64,000 nt of DNA, from NCBI GenBank assembly GCA_963732385.1, contig CAVSZB010000001.1, forward strand, positions 31,890 to 95,889, read 5' to 3'. Shown in pieces: positions 19,957-33,948 of this stretch. The stretch is from an uncultured bacterium (GTDB lineage Bacteria > Krumholzibacteriota > Krumholzibacteriia > LZORAL124-64-63). How positions within the stretch are numbered: the stretch's first letter is position 1; every line of letters begins with the position of its first letter. A program made the translations under genes and the position numbers. The notes under the pieces are model-generated. The model did no database searches and was not told where the DNA came from. It saw nothing but the letters and a program-made list of their open reading frames with translations.

Positions 19957-20385
19957 TCAGGCCGCCGGCAGGGCCGGTATCGGTGAGGCGCAGTGGGCGC
20001 ACTTGCGCGCCTTGATCGGGATCGCCGAGAGGCACTCGGGGCAGTCCCGCGTCGTTGGCGCGGCGGCTGGCGCCGGCTTCGCCGCGAACTTGTTCACCTG
20101 CCGGATGAGCAGGAAAATTGCGAAGGCGACAATGAGAAAATCGACAATCGTGTTCATGAACAGGCCATAACGAATCGTCACCGGCGCGGCGTCGCCGACC
20201 GGCGTCCGGAGCGTCAGGGCGAGCTTCGAAAAGTCGACGTTGCCGGCTACGGCGCCGATCGGTGGCATGAGCACGTCGCTCACCAGCGACGAGATGATCT
20301 TGCCGAACGCGCCGCCGATGATGATGCCGACCGCCATGTCGAGCACATTGCCGCGCATGGCGAAGGCTTTGAACTCTTTCAGCAT
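19957..20385 (-). CDS. mscL: Large-conductance mechanosensitive channel with C-terminal CxxC..CxxC tail
   Basis: [24 protein letters not shown]; CPECLS..CAHC. Confidence 0.95.
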   Translation of the reverse strand: MLKEFKAFAMRGNVLDMAVGIIIGGAFGKIISSLVSDVLMPPIGAVAGNVDFSKLALTLRTPVGDAAPVTIRYGLFMNTIVDFLIVAFAIFLLIRQVNKFAAKPAPAAAPTTRDCPECLSAIPIKARKCAHCASPIPALPAA

Positions 20386-20539
20386 GGCATCCTCCTTTTT
20401 CGGACTCTCATGGAGATGACGTGGGCGGGGAAAGCCGATCAGCCCCCACCTTAGGCCACTCATATCGGCAAGGCAAGACGGGTTAAGGAATCGGGATGGA
20501 CGGGTCCGGGAGCCGGAGCCCTGGGTCCGGCCGGGCGGC

Positions 20540-23059
<2,520 letters not shown>

Positions 23060-23280
23060 GCGATCATCCCTATGCTGGCGCAGTCCTGCCGCGGTCGGAC
23101 CGGCACGCAGGACCGCATGGAACTGGCTTCCGGTGATGATGATCGGCAGATTGGCGGGGAGTTTAGCGAAATAGTGCAGGCGCCGGTCCCGCCGGCGGTC
23201 CGGTTGCCCGACCGCGCCGTGGGTGTTAGGCTTCAGGTTCCCGGCGCGCGTCCGACGCGCACGGTCCCGAGGAGGAAAGT

Positions 23281-23658
23281 GTGATGAAAAAGCAGGTCTG
23301 TCCGGTCCTGGCTGCGGCCCTGGTCGCCCTGACCCTCTGGGCCCCGGTCGTTCCGGCCCCGCGGGTCGTGCTGGCCGCCGCCGGCGAGGCGCTCGCGCCC
23401 GGCACGCCGCTGGAAATCGTCGCCGGGCAGGTCGACCTGCTCGCCATGCCGCCGGGCTACGTCCGCAGCGTGAAGGCGAAGACGCAGAACCGGATCGGAA
23501 CGGCGCGCCGGGGCGCGCGCGTGGCGCTGGTGCAGGAAACAGATAACTTCTACCAGATCGCGCTCGAATGTCAGGACGGGAAGGTCCGGATCGAAGCGTG
23601 GATCGACAAGATCGCCGCGCGGCCCGCGCTCGAGCGGGGGCCGGAACTGCCGCGATGA
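23281..23658 (+). CDS. Secreted hypothetical protein, possibly SH3-like
   Basis: GAGGAGG RBS, signal peptide, IGTARRG..FYQI..AWI. Confidence 0.6.
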   Translation: MMKKQVCPVLAAALVALTLWAPVVPAPRVVLAAAGEALAPGTPLEIVAGQVDLLAMPPGYVRSVKAKTQNRIGTARRGARVALVQETDNFYQIALECQDGKVRIEAWIDKIAARPALERGPELPR

Positions 23659-23684
23659 CCCTCGTTCACAACTGAAAGGACCCC

Positions 23685-25364
<1,680 letters not shown>

Positions 25365-25466
25365 AGAATCGGGGCCGGTCCGGCGGGGGCAGGCAGCTGG
25401 GCGAAAGTTGTGCCCCGACGGTGGTCCGGCCCCGAAAACGACTCGATGGTCAGGCGGGGCACGCAC

Positions 25467-25494
25467 ACCATAAGTCCGCCCGGCGGTCCGTCAA
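25467..25494 (-). promoter_or_regulatory. Putative sigma70 promoter inside a convergent intergenic region
   Basis: TTGACG-N16-TATGGT on the minus strand. Confidence 0.4.
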
Positions 25495-25539
25495 GGGGCG
25501 CGCCGAACTTAATCGGATTAATTTCGTCCTGACAAAAGA

Positions 25540-26739
25540 TCAAGCGCCGGGCTCTGTAATCACCATTTTTTCAATAGCTTCCAAAGCTTCCGCGATGGCG
25601 CCATCCATGTCCATCCGCTCGGACAGTGCCAGCACCTCGCGCGCGCGGCCCCGCAGGATGGGGTGCGGCGAGCGGAGGGAGCAGCAGTCACGGTACGGCT
25701 CGATCGAGGTTTCGAAGGTGCCGATCCGGCGCGCGAGGGCCGAGATTTCGACCTTGTCCGTGCCGATCAGCGGCCGGAAGACCGGCAGCCGCACATCGGG
25801 CCCGATGGCCCCGAGGTTGTAGAGTGTCTGGCTGGCGACCTGGCCGAGGCTGTCGCCCGTGACGAGCGCGTGGCAGTCGGTGCGCCGGGCGAGCTGTTCC
25901 GCCACCTTCAGCATGTAGCGACGGAACAGCACCATGTCGTGCGATTCGGCGATCACGCCGATCGCGCGCGACTCGTACGGGTAGGTCGGCGCGAGGTAGA
26001 GGTGCAGGTCGGTCGGCGTGTGCTCGCGCAGGATGGCGGCGAGGCGCAGAATCTTCGCGGCGTCGGCTTCCGCGGCGGTGCGGCCGGTGTAGAAGTGGAT
26101 GAAGTCCGAGCGGCAGCCGCGCCGCATGAGCATCCAGGCCGCCACCGGCGAGTCGATCCCGCCCGACAGCAGCGTCATCACACGGCCGCCCGAGCTGGCC
26201 GGCAGGCCGCCGGGGCCGGGGAGGCGCTGCGTGAAGATCAGCGCCTCGTTGCGCAGCATCAGCACGTGCACGGTGAAGTCGGCGCCGTGCAGCCGCACCG
26301 GCAGCTGGATCGCCTCGCCCACCGCGTTGCCCACCAGGCGGTTGATCTCGGGCGAGACGAGGGGGAAGTTGCGGTCCGAGCGGCGGGTTTCCACGCGGAA
26401 GGTGCGGGCGTTGCCGACATCGCGCCGGGCGAGCGCCGCGGCGACCTCGCCCAGGCCGGCCAGGTCGTCGCCCAGGCTCGCCCGCGGTACCGCCGTGGCC
26501 ACCGACAGCCACTGCACGCCGAACACCCGCTGCAGCTTCGCGGCCACCGCGTCGGCGCGCGTGGCATCGTCCAGCCGCACCAGCAGCCGGCTCTCGATGT
26601 GGTTCACGTGGCTGACCGGCTCGCCCTTGAGCGCGACGAGGATGTTGTTGCGCAGCCGCCGCAGGAAGGCGTGCCGGTTGCGGCCCTTCAGGGCGATCTC
26701 CGCGTAGTGGACGGCCAGCACGGGGGTGTCGAAGGTCAC
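25540..26739 (-). CDS. thiI: tRNA 4-thiouridine synthase (short form, no rhodanese domain)
   Basis: YAEIALKGRNR, THUMP domain, LLSGGIDS, GDSLGQVASQTL, DCC. Confidence 0.92.
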   Translation of the reverse strand: MTFDTPVLAVHYAEIALKGRNRHAFLRRLRNNILVALKGEPVSHVNHIESRLLVRLDDATRADAVAAKLQRVFGVQWLSVATAVPRASLGDDLAGLGEVAAALARRDVGNARTFRVETRRSDRNFPLVSPEINRLVGNAVGEAIQLPVRLHGADFTVHVLMLRNEALIFTQRLPGPGGLPASSGGRVMTLLSGGIDSPVAAWMLMRRGCRSDFIHFYTGRTAAEADAAKILRLAAILREHTPTDLHLYLAPTYPYESRAIGVIAESHDMVLFRRYMLKVAEQLARRTDCHALVTGDSLGQVASQTLYNLGAIGPDVRLPVFRPLIGTDKVEISALARRIGTFETSIEPYRDCCSLRSPHPILRGRAREVLALSERMDMDGAIAEALEAIEKMVITEPGA

Positions 26740-26924
26740 GGCGTGCTCCAAGTTCGGGGTGGCGCAGCCCAATGACACCCTGCGCCGCGCGGATGTCAAC
26801 TCGCGACGGAGCGGTCCGGGGCGATTCCCGCCGCGAATCGGGGCTGCAGGCGCGCATTGCATCTCCGCTGAGGGCGTGTATGCTCTGCCGCCACGCCACC
26901 TCATCCACAACATAGGACGCCGCC

Positions 26925-28223
26925 ATGACGCCCCTGAACGGTTTCGACTTCGCGACCGTCGATGATTTCAGCCTCCTGCCGGCGGAGGCGATCGATGCGC
27001 TCGCGCCTGCCGTAAACCAAATCGCCGGCGACCTTGAGCGGGGGCAGGGGCCCGGCGCCGCCTGGCTTGGCTGGCGCGATCCAGAGGCCGCCTGTCCGGC
27101 GGCGACCCGCCGGGCGATCGCCGCCGCTGCCGCCACAGCCCGCCAGAAGTGCGACGCCTACGTGGTGATCGGGATCGGCGGTTCCTACCTGGGGACCCGC
27201 GCAGTCCTGGCCTCCCTGCCCGACCGCACCTCGGGACCGGAGATCCTGTTCGCCGGCATCGACCTGAGCGGCGTCGGCCTCGCCCGGCTGCTGGCGGCGT
27301 TGCAGGGGCGGGACTTCCGCCTCTGCATGATCTCGAAGTCCGGCACCACGCTCGAGCCGGCGCTCGCCTTCCGTCTGCTGCGCACGGAGCTGGAGCGGCG
27401 CTACGATCGCGCGGAGGCGGTCCGGCGGATCACCGCCGTCACCGATGGGTCGCGCGGCGCCCTGCGCGCTTTGGCGCAGGCACAGGGATGGGAGACTTTC
27501 GTCGTCCCCGACGACATCGGCGGTCGCTTCTCGGTGCTTACGCCGGTCGGCCTGCTGCCCCTGGCCGTGGCCGGACTCGACATCGACGCCCTCGTCGATG
27601 GCGCCTCTGCCATGCGCGATGCCTGCCGGGTCCCGGCGCTGCGCGACAACCCGGCCCACCTCTACGCCGCCACCCGCCACGCCCTCCAGACGCGCGGCTT
27701 CCGCACCGAGATCCTCAGCGCCTTCCACCCCGACCTGCACTGGCTGCAGGAGTGGTGGAAGCAGCTGTTCGGCGAGAGCGAGGGGAAGCAGGGACGCGGC
27801 CTCTTCCCGGCCGCCGCCATGATGACCGCCGACCTGCACAGCCTCGGCCAGTACCTCCAGGACGGCCCCCGCGACCTGTTCGAAACTTTCCTGTGCGTGC
27901 GCCGCACCGCCCCCGACCTGCGCGTGCCGGCGGCCGCCGCCGCCGCGGGGGAGGGCGACGGCCTCGGCTATCTGGAGGGCCGCCCGCTCGACGAGATCAA
28001 CGCCCTGGCCTGGCAGGGGGTCCGCCGCGCTCACACCGCCGGCAAAGTGCCGTGCCTGTCGCTCACACTCGACGCCCTCGACGAACGCCGCGTGGGCGCC
28101 CTGATCCACTTCTTCGAGGAGGCGGTCGCCGTGAGCGGCCGATTGCTTGGCGTCAATCCGTTCGACCAGCCCGGCGTGGAAGCCTACAAGCAGGAGATGT
28201 TCAGGCTGCTCGGAAGGGCGTGA
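26925..28223 (+). CDS. pgi: Glucose-6-phosphate isomerase
   Basis: GIGGSYLG, SKSGTTLEP, QLFGESEGK, NPFDQPGVEAYK. Confidence 0.95.
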   Translation: MTPLNGFDFATVDDFSLLPAEAIDALAPAVNQIAGDLERGQGPGAAWLGWRDPEAACPAATRRAIAAAAATARQKCDAYVVIGIGGSYLGTRAVLASLPDRTSGPEILFAGIDLSGVGLARLLAALQGRDFRLCMISKSGTTLEPALAFRLLRTELERRYDRAEAVRRITAVTDGSRGALRALAQAQGWETFVVPDDIGGRFSVLTPVGLLPLAVAGLDIDALVDGASAMRDACRVPALRDNPAHLYAATRHALQTRGFRTEILSAFHPDLHWLQEWWKQLFGESEGKQGRGLFPAAAMMTADLHSLGQYLQDGPRDLFETFLCVRRTAPDLRVPAAAAAAGEGDGLGYLEGRPLDEINALAWQGVRRAHTAGKVPCLSLTLDALDERRVGALIHFFEEAVAVSGRLLGVNPFDQPGVEAYKQEMFRLLGRA

Positions 28224-28263
28224 GCGGAGGGCGCGCGATGTCGGTTACGAACGGAGAGTCTTC

Positions 28264-28620
28264 ATGGACCGCAAATCCCTGAGCCGCGAATACAAGGAGG
28301 CCGCCCGTCCGATGGGCGTCTTCCGCGTGCACAACACCGTCAACGGCAGGTCGTTTGTCGGGACGAGCGTGGATCTGCCGTCGATGTTGAACCGGCAGCG
28401 GGCGCAGCTCGGTTTCGGGGGGCATCCCAATCGCGAACTGCAGCGGGAGTGGCGGGAGATGGGGGCGCAGGCCTTTGCGTTCGAGGTCCTCGACACTCTG
28501 AAGCCGCGAGAGGAGCCAGGCTACGATCCGGACGCCGATCTGCGGGCGCTTGAGGCGCTCTGGCTCGAGAAGCTGTCGCCCTACGGGGAGCTGGGGTACA
28601 ACGTGCGGCCCCATGAGTAG
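28264..28620 (+). CDS. Small GIY-YIG-like family protein
   Basis: MGVFRVHN..SFVG, HPNRELQREW, FEVL. Confidence 0.75.
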   Translation: MDRKSLSREYKEAARPMGVFRVHNTVNGRSFVGTSVDLPSMLNRQRAQLGFGGHPNRELQREWREMGAQAFAFEVLDTLKPREEPGYDPDADLRALEALWLEKLSPYGELGYNVRPHE

Positions 28621-28868
28621 CTGAAAGCGTTGCGGCACAACACGATCGTGGCACGCTCCGATCTCCCTGCGAGACGGCGGGATATTCTGCACCTACGGGA
28701 TTTCCGGAATATTCGAACCTTCCCATTCAAGCACGACTGAATTCCTGTCGAATTACTGGGTGAAATGTGCAGCCGCACGGCTGCGGTGTCGGCCCTATGC
28801 GGACGCAGATTCGGGGATCGCGATGACCTTTGCCCGCTCCGGATCTGCCCCCTTCCCAAAGGAATGAA

Positions 28869-29438
28869 ATGGTAGGACTCATCTGCAAAGTCCTCATCGA
28901 CTTCGTCAGGGCCACAGGTGGCGACGCTGCGGTGAACAAGGTCAAGCTGCAGGCTCAGGTTCCGCCGGCCCAGGAATACAAGCTCAACGGCGTGTATGAT
29001 GACGCCGAATGGCGTCGTCTGGTCGGCGCCGCCTGCGCGGTCCTGGGAATCACCGCGGATCAGGCCGAGGCGGACTTCGCGGATTTCTTCTTCAAGGACT
29101 CCCTCGGCCGGTGGCCCATGTGGTTCAAGATGTCCAGGAACTCACGGGAATTCCTCCTGCGTCAGCCGGCCATCCATAACAGTCTGGCGGCCGGCGTAAG
29201 CGAGGAGGCCCAGCGTACCGCCATCGCCGACAAGTTCCGCATCGAGGCGACCGACGATGGCCTCGTGACCCACTACCGTTCGGCCAACGGTCACTGCGGC
29301 CTGTACAGGGCCCTGGCCCGCTGCATCATCAACCATTACGGCGATGAGGCGACCGTCGAGGAGCCCCGGTGCGCGCTACGGGGCGACGACGAATGCGAGA
29401 TCCATGTCCACTGGACGAAGGGCGGAGTGAAGCCGTGA
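28869..29438 (+). CDS. H-NOX (heme-NO binding)/V4R-like sensor protein
   Basis: MVGLI N-terminus, YDDAE, IHNSL proximal His, HYRS, C-terminal C..RGDDEC. Confidence 0.8.
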   Translation: MVGLICKVLIDFVRATGGDAAVNKVKLQAQVPPAQEYKLNGVYDDAEWRRLVGAACAVLGITADQAEADFADFFFKDSLGRWPMWFKMSRNSREFLLRQPAIHNSLAAGVSEEAQRTAIADKFRIEATDDGLVTHYRSANGHCGLYRALARCIINHYGDEATVEEPRCALRGDDECEIHVHWTKGGVKP

Positions 29439-31222
29439 ACGTGGCCTGCCCTCCGGATGCATCGCTGACGGCGCTGCAGGGCGATATCGACAAACTCGCC
29501 GACCAGTTGTGCTGCGCGGTCGATGGCGACGTATCCTTCATCGTCGAGACCGAATCTCCCGACGAATGCCTCCAGCGGCTGACCATGCTGATGAACTTCG
29601 TCATGGACACGGCCCGCCGCGCCATCGAGCAGGTCAGGCACCAGACCGAGGAGATCCGCCTGAAGGAGACCCGCTTCCGCGAGTTGTTCGAGAACATGAA
29701 CGACGGCGTGGCGGTTGTCGAGGCCGTGGAGGAGGGGAAAGACTTTGTCATCCTGGACATCAACAGCGCCTCGCTGCGGATCGAGCGCATAGTTCGCGAG
29801 GCTGTGGTTGGGCGCCGGATCACGGAGGTGTTTCCCGGCGCCGAGCAGATTGGCCTGCTGGACGTTTTCCGGCGGGTGTCCGCCACGGGGAATCCCGAGC
29901 ACCTGCCGGCGCGGTTCTACGGGGACGAACGCATTTCCGGCTGGCGCGAGAACTTCGTCTACCGTCTGCCCACGGGGGAAGTCGTCACGGTGTACCGCGA
30001 CGTGTCGGCGCAGAAATCCGCCGAGGAGGCGCTGCGGGAGACGCTCAGGTCCACCGAGATGCTCATCGAGGCGGCTCCCATCGCGCTGGTGGTCGTAGGG
30101 AATGACCAGGTCATCCGTCGGGCCAACGAAGTAGCCGGCAGGATCCTGGGCGCCAGCCCTCGCGAGATGGTGGGCCGGAACTGGCGTGCATTTCTCGGCG
30201 ACGGGTCGGAAGAAGTCACCCGGAAGGCCGCCGAGGAGGGCACGCTGAAAGATGCCGGCGGCAATCCCGTCCCGGTTCTGATGTCTGTCATCCCAGCCGT
30301 CGTCAGCGGCGGGGAGGTAGTCCATATCGCGGCATTCCTGGATCTCACGGAGCGGAACCAGCTGGAGGGCCAGCTGCGGCACTCGCAGAAGCTAGAGGCT
30401 GTCGGCCAGCTCGCCGCGGGAATCGCCCACGAGATCAACACGCCGACCCAGTACGTCGGCGACAACACCCGCTTCCTGCAGCAGTCCCTGCAGACCATCC
30501 GGAACACCTGCTCGCTGTACGCCGAACTGCTCCAGGCGGCAAAGACCGATTCGCTGACACCGGAACTGCTGGTGCGCACCGAGCAGGCCGTCGAAGTCGG
30601 CGATCTCGACTATCTGTTCACGGAAATCCCCACGGCCATCAGTCAGACTCTGGAGGGCGTCGAACGCATCACCAGAATCGTGCGCGCCATGAAGGACTTC
30701 TCGCATCCGGGCGGCAAGGAGAAGGAGGCCGCCAACCTCAACAAGGCCATTGAAAGCACGATGACCGTGGCCGGCAGTGCGTGGAGGCACGTCGCCGACG
30801 TGAAGCTGGATCTCGATCCGGACCTGCCGCCCGTGGTCTGTTATCTGGGCGACATCAACCAGGCGGTCCTCAATCTGATCGTCAACGCCGCGCATGCCAT
30901 CGGCGACGCAAAGATACAGACGCCCGGTTCCCTGGGCGAAATTGTCATCAGCAGCCGTCGTGACGGCGACCAGGTCGAGGTGCGGGTGAGCGACACAGGT
31001 TCCGGGATACCGGAAGCGATCAGGCCGCGACTCTTTGAACCGTTCTTCACCACCAAGGGCGTGGGCAGGGGGACGGGGCAGGGTCTGTCCGTGGTTTACG
31101 GCGTCATCGTCAAGCGGCATGGCGGCACGGTGACGTTCGAAAGTGAAGTGGGCAGGGGCACCACCTTCATCATCCGGTTGCCGATCGAGCCGGGCCCGGT
31201 AGCGCCGGGGTTGGAAGCTTAG
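29435..31222 (+). CDS. PAS-domain sensor histidine kinase
   Basis: [30 protein letters not shown]; GTGA overlap with the H-NOX stop. Confidence 0.92.
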   Translation: MNVACPPDASLTALQGDIDKLADQLCCAVDGDVSFIVETESPDECLQRLTMLMNFVMDTARRAIEQVRHQTEEIRLKETRFRELFENMNDGVAVVEAVEEGKDFVILDINSASLRIERIVREAVVGRRITEVFPGAEQIGLLDVFRRVSATGNPEHLPARFYGDERISGWRENFVYRLPTGEVVTVYRDVSAQKSAEEALRETLRSTEMLIEAAPIALVVVGNDQVIRRANEVAGRILGASPREMVGRNWRAFLGDGSEEVTRKAAEEGTLKDAGGNPVPVLMSVIPAVVSGGEVVHIAAFLDLTERNQLEGQLRHSQKLEAVGQLAAGIAHEINTPTQYVGDNTRFLQQSLQTIRNTCSLYAELLQAAKTDSLTPELLVRTEQAVEVGDLDYLFTEIPTAISQTLEGVERITRIVRAMKDFSHPGGKEKEAANLNKAIESTMTVAGSAWRHVADVKLDLDPDLPPVVCYLGDINQAVLNLIVNAAHAIGDAKIQTPGSLGEIVISSRRDGDQVEVRVSDTGSGIPEAIRPRLFEPFFTTKGVGRGTGQGLSVVYGVIVKRHGGTVTFESEVGRGTTFIIRLPIEPGPVAPGLEA

Positions 31223-31425
31223 CCGGCCGCCAGGCCTCAGGCAGCTCCGCCGCTCATTCCGATGGTTTTCCGGCCCGCCCTATTCGCCTCGGCTACAATA
31301 TTCCTGCGACTTGTGAAGGGTTCTCCGGTGTCTCACCAGGGAGCCAGGACCGGAAGCGGGCCGGCGCCGCGGGCAGACGTGCCTGGGGCCACGGCCAGGG
31401 AAAGCGGAACACGAGGTCACGACGG

Positions 31426-32079
31426 ATGCGCTCGAGAAACGGACCTGCCACGGATCGCCCCGCCGACTGGGCGCGACTGCTCGAGCTCCTGGCGCCGATC
31501 CACGCGCGCGCGGCGGGGATGGCCAGGCGGCTCGCGGGGTCGGCCCACGACGGCGACGATCTGTTCCAGGAAGCGGTTCTGCGCGCCCTGGCCGCGTTGC
31601 CCGCGTTGCGCGACCCGGAGCGCTTCGGTCCCTGGTTCACCACGATCCTCCTGAACGTGCACCGCAACCGCAGCCGCCGGGGCTTCTGGCGGCGTCTCGT
31701 GCCGATCGAGCGGGGCGAGGCGCCGGCGGCCGAGCCGGTCGGCGAGGACGGGCACGCGTGGGAGGAGGAGCGGCTGCGCGCGGCGAGGGCGTCCCGGGCG
31801 CTCGCGACGTTGCCGGCCGTGCAGCGGGAGGCGGTGGCACTTTTCGAGCTCGAGGGGTACTCGATCGAGGAGATCGCCGCGCTCCAACAAGTTTCGCCAT
31901 CCGCGGTGAAATCGCGGCTCGCCCGCGGGCGGGCCCGGTTGCGCCGCACCTACGAGCGCTGGGGATTCGGTCGCCAGCGCGAGCACAACGGTGTCGGACG
32001 GTCCGGCGGTACGCCGCTGCCCGTATTGGCGCCGCTGGCGCCGGAGGGTGAGTCCCATGGTCGTGCATCCGGAGAATGA
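31426..32079 (+). CDS. ECF sigma-70 factor
   Basis: DDLFQEA, FGPWF, EGYSIEEIA..VKSRLARGR. Confidence 0.9.
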   Translation: MRSRNGPATDRPADWARLLELLAPIHARAAGMARRLAGSAHDGDDLFQEAVLRALAALPALRDPERFGPWFTTILLNVHRNRSRRGFWRRLVPIERGEAPAAEPVGEDGHAWEEERLRAARASRALATLPAVQREAVALFELEGYSIEEIAALQQVSPSAVKSRLARGRARLRRTYERWGFGRQREHNGVGRSGGTPLPVLAPLAPEGESHGRASGE

Positions 32080-33010
32080 TGGGGAGCGCGCTTTCGAGCG
32101 CGACCTGCAGGCGTACCGCGAAGTGACCGCTCGGGATCTGCCGAGCGTGCGCGACACGGCGCAGCTTCTGCGCCGCGCCGCGTTGCAAACAGCCCACAAT
32201 ACCACCCGGGAGGGTTTCTATATGAAGAGCCTGATTTCGGTGAAGGCGCACCCGTGGCTGGCGGCGACCGCCGCCGCCGTCGTGGTCGCCATGATCCTTG
32301 GCGTCGTGCCGGTCAACTACACGGTGACGACGGGGCAGGACGTGACCCTGCAACTCGCCGCCCCGGCGCCGCAGGGCGAAGCGTTGCGCAAGGTCGCCAC
32401 CGGTCTGCGCGCGGCGCTCCACGCCGACGGCGTGCAGATCGCTCTCACCGACGACGGCGCCGGCCCCGCGGTGCGGCTCGAGGCCGCGGTGCCGTCGCGT
32501 CTCGGCGCCGAGGTGCGCCACGCTGCGGCAGCCTACGCCCGCGGCCTGACGGAGCGGGGCATCCCGGCGCAGGCGAGCGTGCAGGCGCGCACCGAGCGGG
32601 TCTCCACGAACGTCTATGCCTTCGCCCGCAGCCGCGCGGTCGAGCTGCGCGTCACCAGCGCCGGGCGCACGCCGGCCGAGATCGAGGCCGACATCCGTGC
32701 CCAGCTCGAGGCCGCCGGCCTGGAAAACCCGCAGGTCCAGGTGACGAAGGATGGCGGCCAGACGCAGGTGCAGATCCAGGCGGACGGCGCCCGGGGCGAG
32801 TGCGAACAGAAGTTCGAAATCAAGCTGATCGGCCGCGATGACCAGCCGCTCGACGCTTCCCTCAACCGCTTCGAGGTCGAGCGCAGGCCCGGCATGACCG
32901 ACGCCGACGTCAAGGCCGACATCGAGCGCCAGATGCGCGAGGCCGGCGTCGAGGGCACGGTCACGGTGGTGGACGGCAAGGTCAACGTGAAGGTTGAGGA
33001 GCGGCGGTAA
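32057..33010 (+). CDS. Single-TM protein downstream of the ECF sigma; putative anti-sigma factor
   Basis: Overlaps sigma 3' end; one TM helix; repeated extracytoplasmic module. Confidence 0.65.
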   Translation: MVVHPENDGERAFERDLQAYREVTARDLPSVRDTAQLLRRAALQTAHNTTREGFYMKSLISVKAHPWLAATAAAVVVAMILGVVPVNYTVTTGQDVTLQLAAPAPQGEALRKVATGLRAALHADGVQIALTDDGAGPAVRLEAAVPSRLGAEVRHAAAAYARGLTERGIPAQASVQARTERVSTNVYAFARSRAVELRVTSAGRTPAEIEADIRAQLEAAGLENPQVQVTKDGGQTQVQIQADGARGECEQKFEIKLIGRDDQPLDASLNRFEVERRPGMTDADVKADIERQMREAGVEGTVTVVDGKVNVKVEERR

Positions 33011-33161
33011 GGGCGGCGGACCGCGGTGCGCGCGCCCCGCAGACAAATGATCGCCGGGCGAGAGGGCGGCGGGGGCCGTCCTCTCGCTTGCGACAGACCG
33101 GTGGTCAAGACGACTGCGGGTGGCCTGACCGGCCCCAGGTCGCGGTGCGCGATCGCGGTGG

Positions 33162-33617
33162 TCACGGGACGAACGACTTCTCCCGGGGGGCCTCCGCGGC
33201 GCCACGCCGCAAGAAGCTCGCTTCGGCCCACGCCATGACCTCTCCGTCGCGCTTCAGTTCCGCGCGCAGACGGTAAAGGGGCGGCCGCGCCTTCATCAGG
33301 CGCGCGCGGATCTCCAGTCCGGAGTCGCACGGGACGGGATGCACGTAGCGCACGCGCAACTCGCCCGTGAGCGCAGTTACGCCGCGGTGAAAGAGGCAGT
33401 GGGTCATGGCCGCATCGAGCAGCGCCGCGACCACGCCCCCGTGCAGGAGCCCCTTGTAGCCCTGCAGTCGTTGGTTGCAACGCAGGTCCGCCCAAACCCC
33501 GCCGTCGCCGTCGGGTTGGAAGGCGAGAACCGGCCAGAGCGGACTGCCGCTCCCGCACAGCAGGCAGTGTTCGTGGCCGTGGCGTGCCGCGAGGCCGGCC
33601 GCGTCGTCAGTGGTCAC
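33162..33617 (-). CDS. PaaI-family thioesterase
   Basis: HCLLCG, LHGGVVAALLDAAM, VRYVHPVP. Confidence 0.85.
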   Translation of the reverse strand: MTTDDAAGLAARHGHEHCLLCGSGSPLWPVLAFQPDGDGGVWADLRCNQRLQGYKGLLHGGVVAALLDAAMTHCLFHRGVTALTGELRVRYVHPVPCDSGLEIRARLMKARPPLYRLRAELKRDGEVMAWAEASFLRRGAAEAPREKSFVP

Positions 33618-33945
33618 AGGTGTTTCCTCCCACCTCCAGCGAGCCCGCCAGCCAGTCGGTCACGATCCGCTCCGGCGTGTCGGCCGGGGCGCCGACGACG
33701 ACTTCGATGTTTTGTGCGGCGAAAAGATCGCGCGCGCGTCCTCCCATGCCGCCGGCGATGATCACGTTCGCGCCGCGCTCGGCCAGCCAGGGCGGCAAAA
33801 GACCCGGCTGGTGCGGCGGCGCCGCAACATCCTCACGACCCAGGATCCGCTTCTGCTGCGGTTCCACGTCGATAAGGGCGAAGCTCTCGCAATGGCCGAA
33901 GTGCGGGCACAGCCGGCCGGAGGCCAGGGGGATGGCGATCTTCAT
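33607..33945 (-). CDS. NifB/NifX-family metal-cluster-binding protein
   Basis: MKIAIP, HFGHCESF, IAGGMG, CDH tail. Confidence 0.88.
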   Translation of the reverse strand: MKIAIPLASGRLCPHFGHCESFALIDVEPQQKRILGREDVAAPPHQPGLLPPWLAERGANVIIAGGMGGRARDLFAAQNIEVVVGAPADTPERIVTDWLAGSLEVGGNTCDH

Positions 33946-33948
33946 GAT

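Noticed and set aside
28264-28620. GIY-YIG protein as a homing endonuclease or mobile element
   Set aside because: Short stand-alone degenerate family member with no intron, terminal repeats or target duplication.
28649-28664. TGGCACG sigma54-like -24 element upstream of H-NOX
   Set aside because: No GC at the -12 position.
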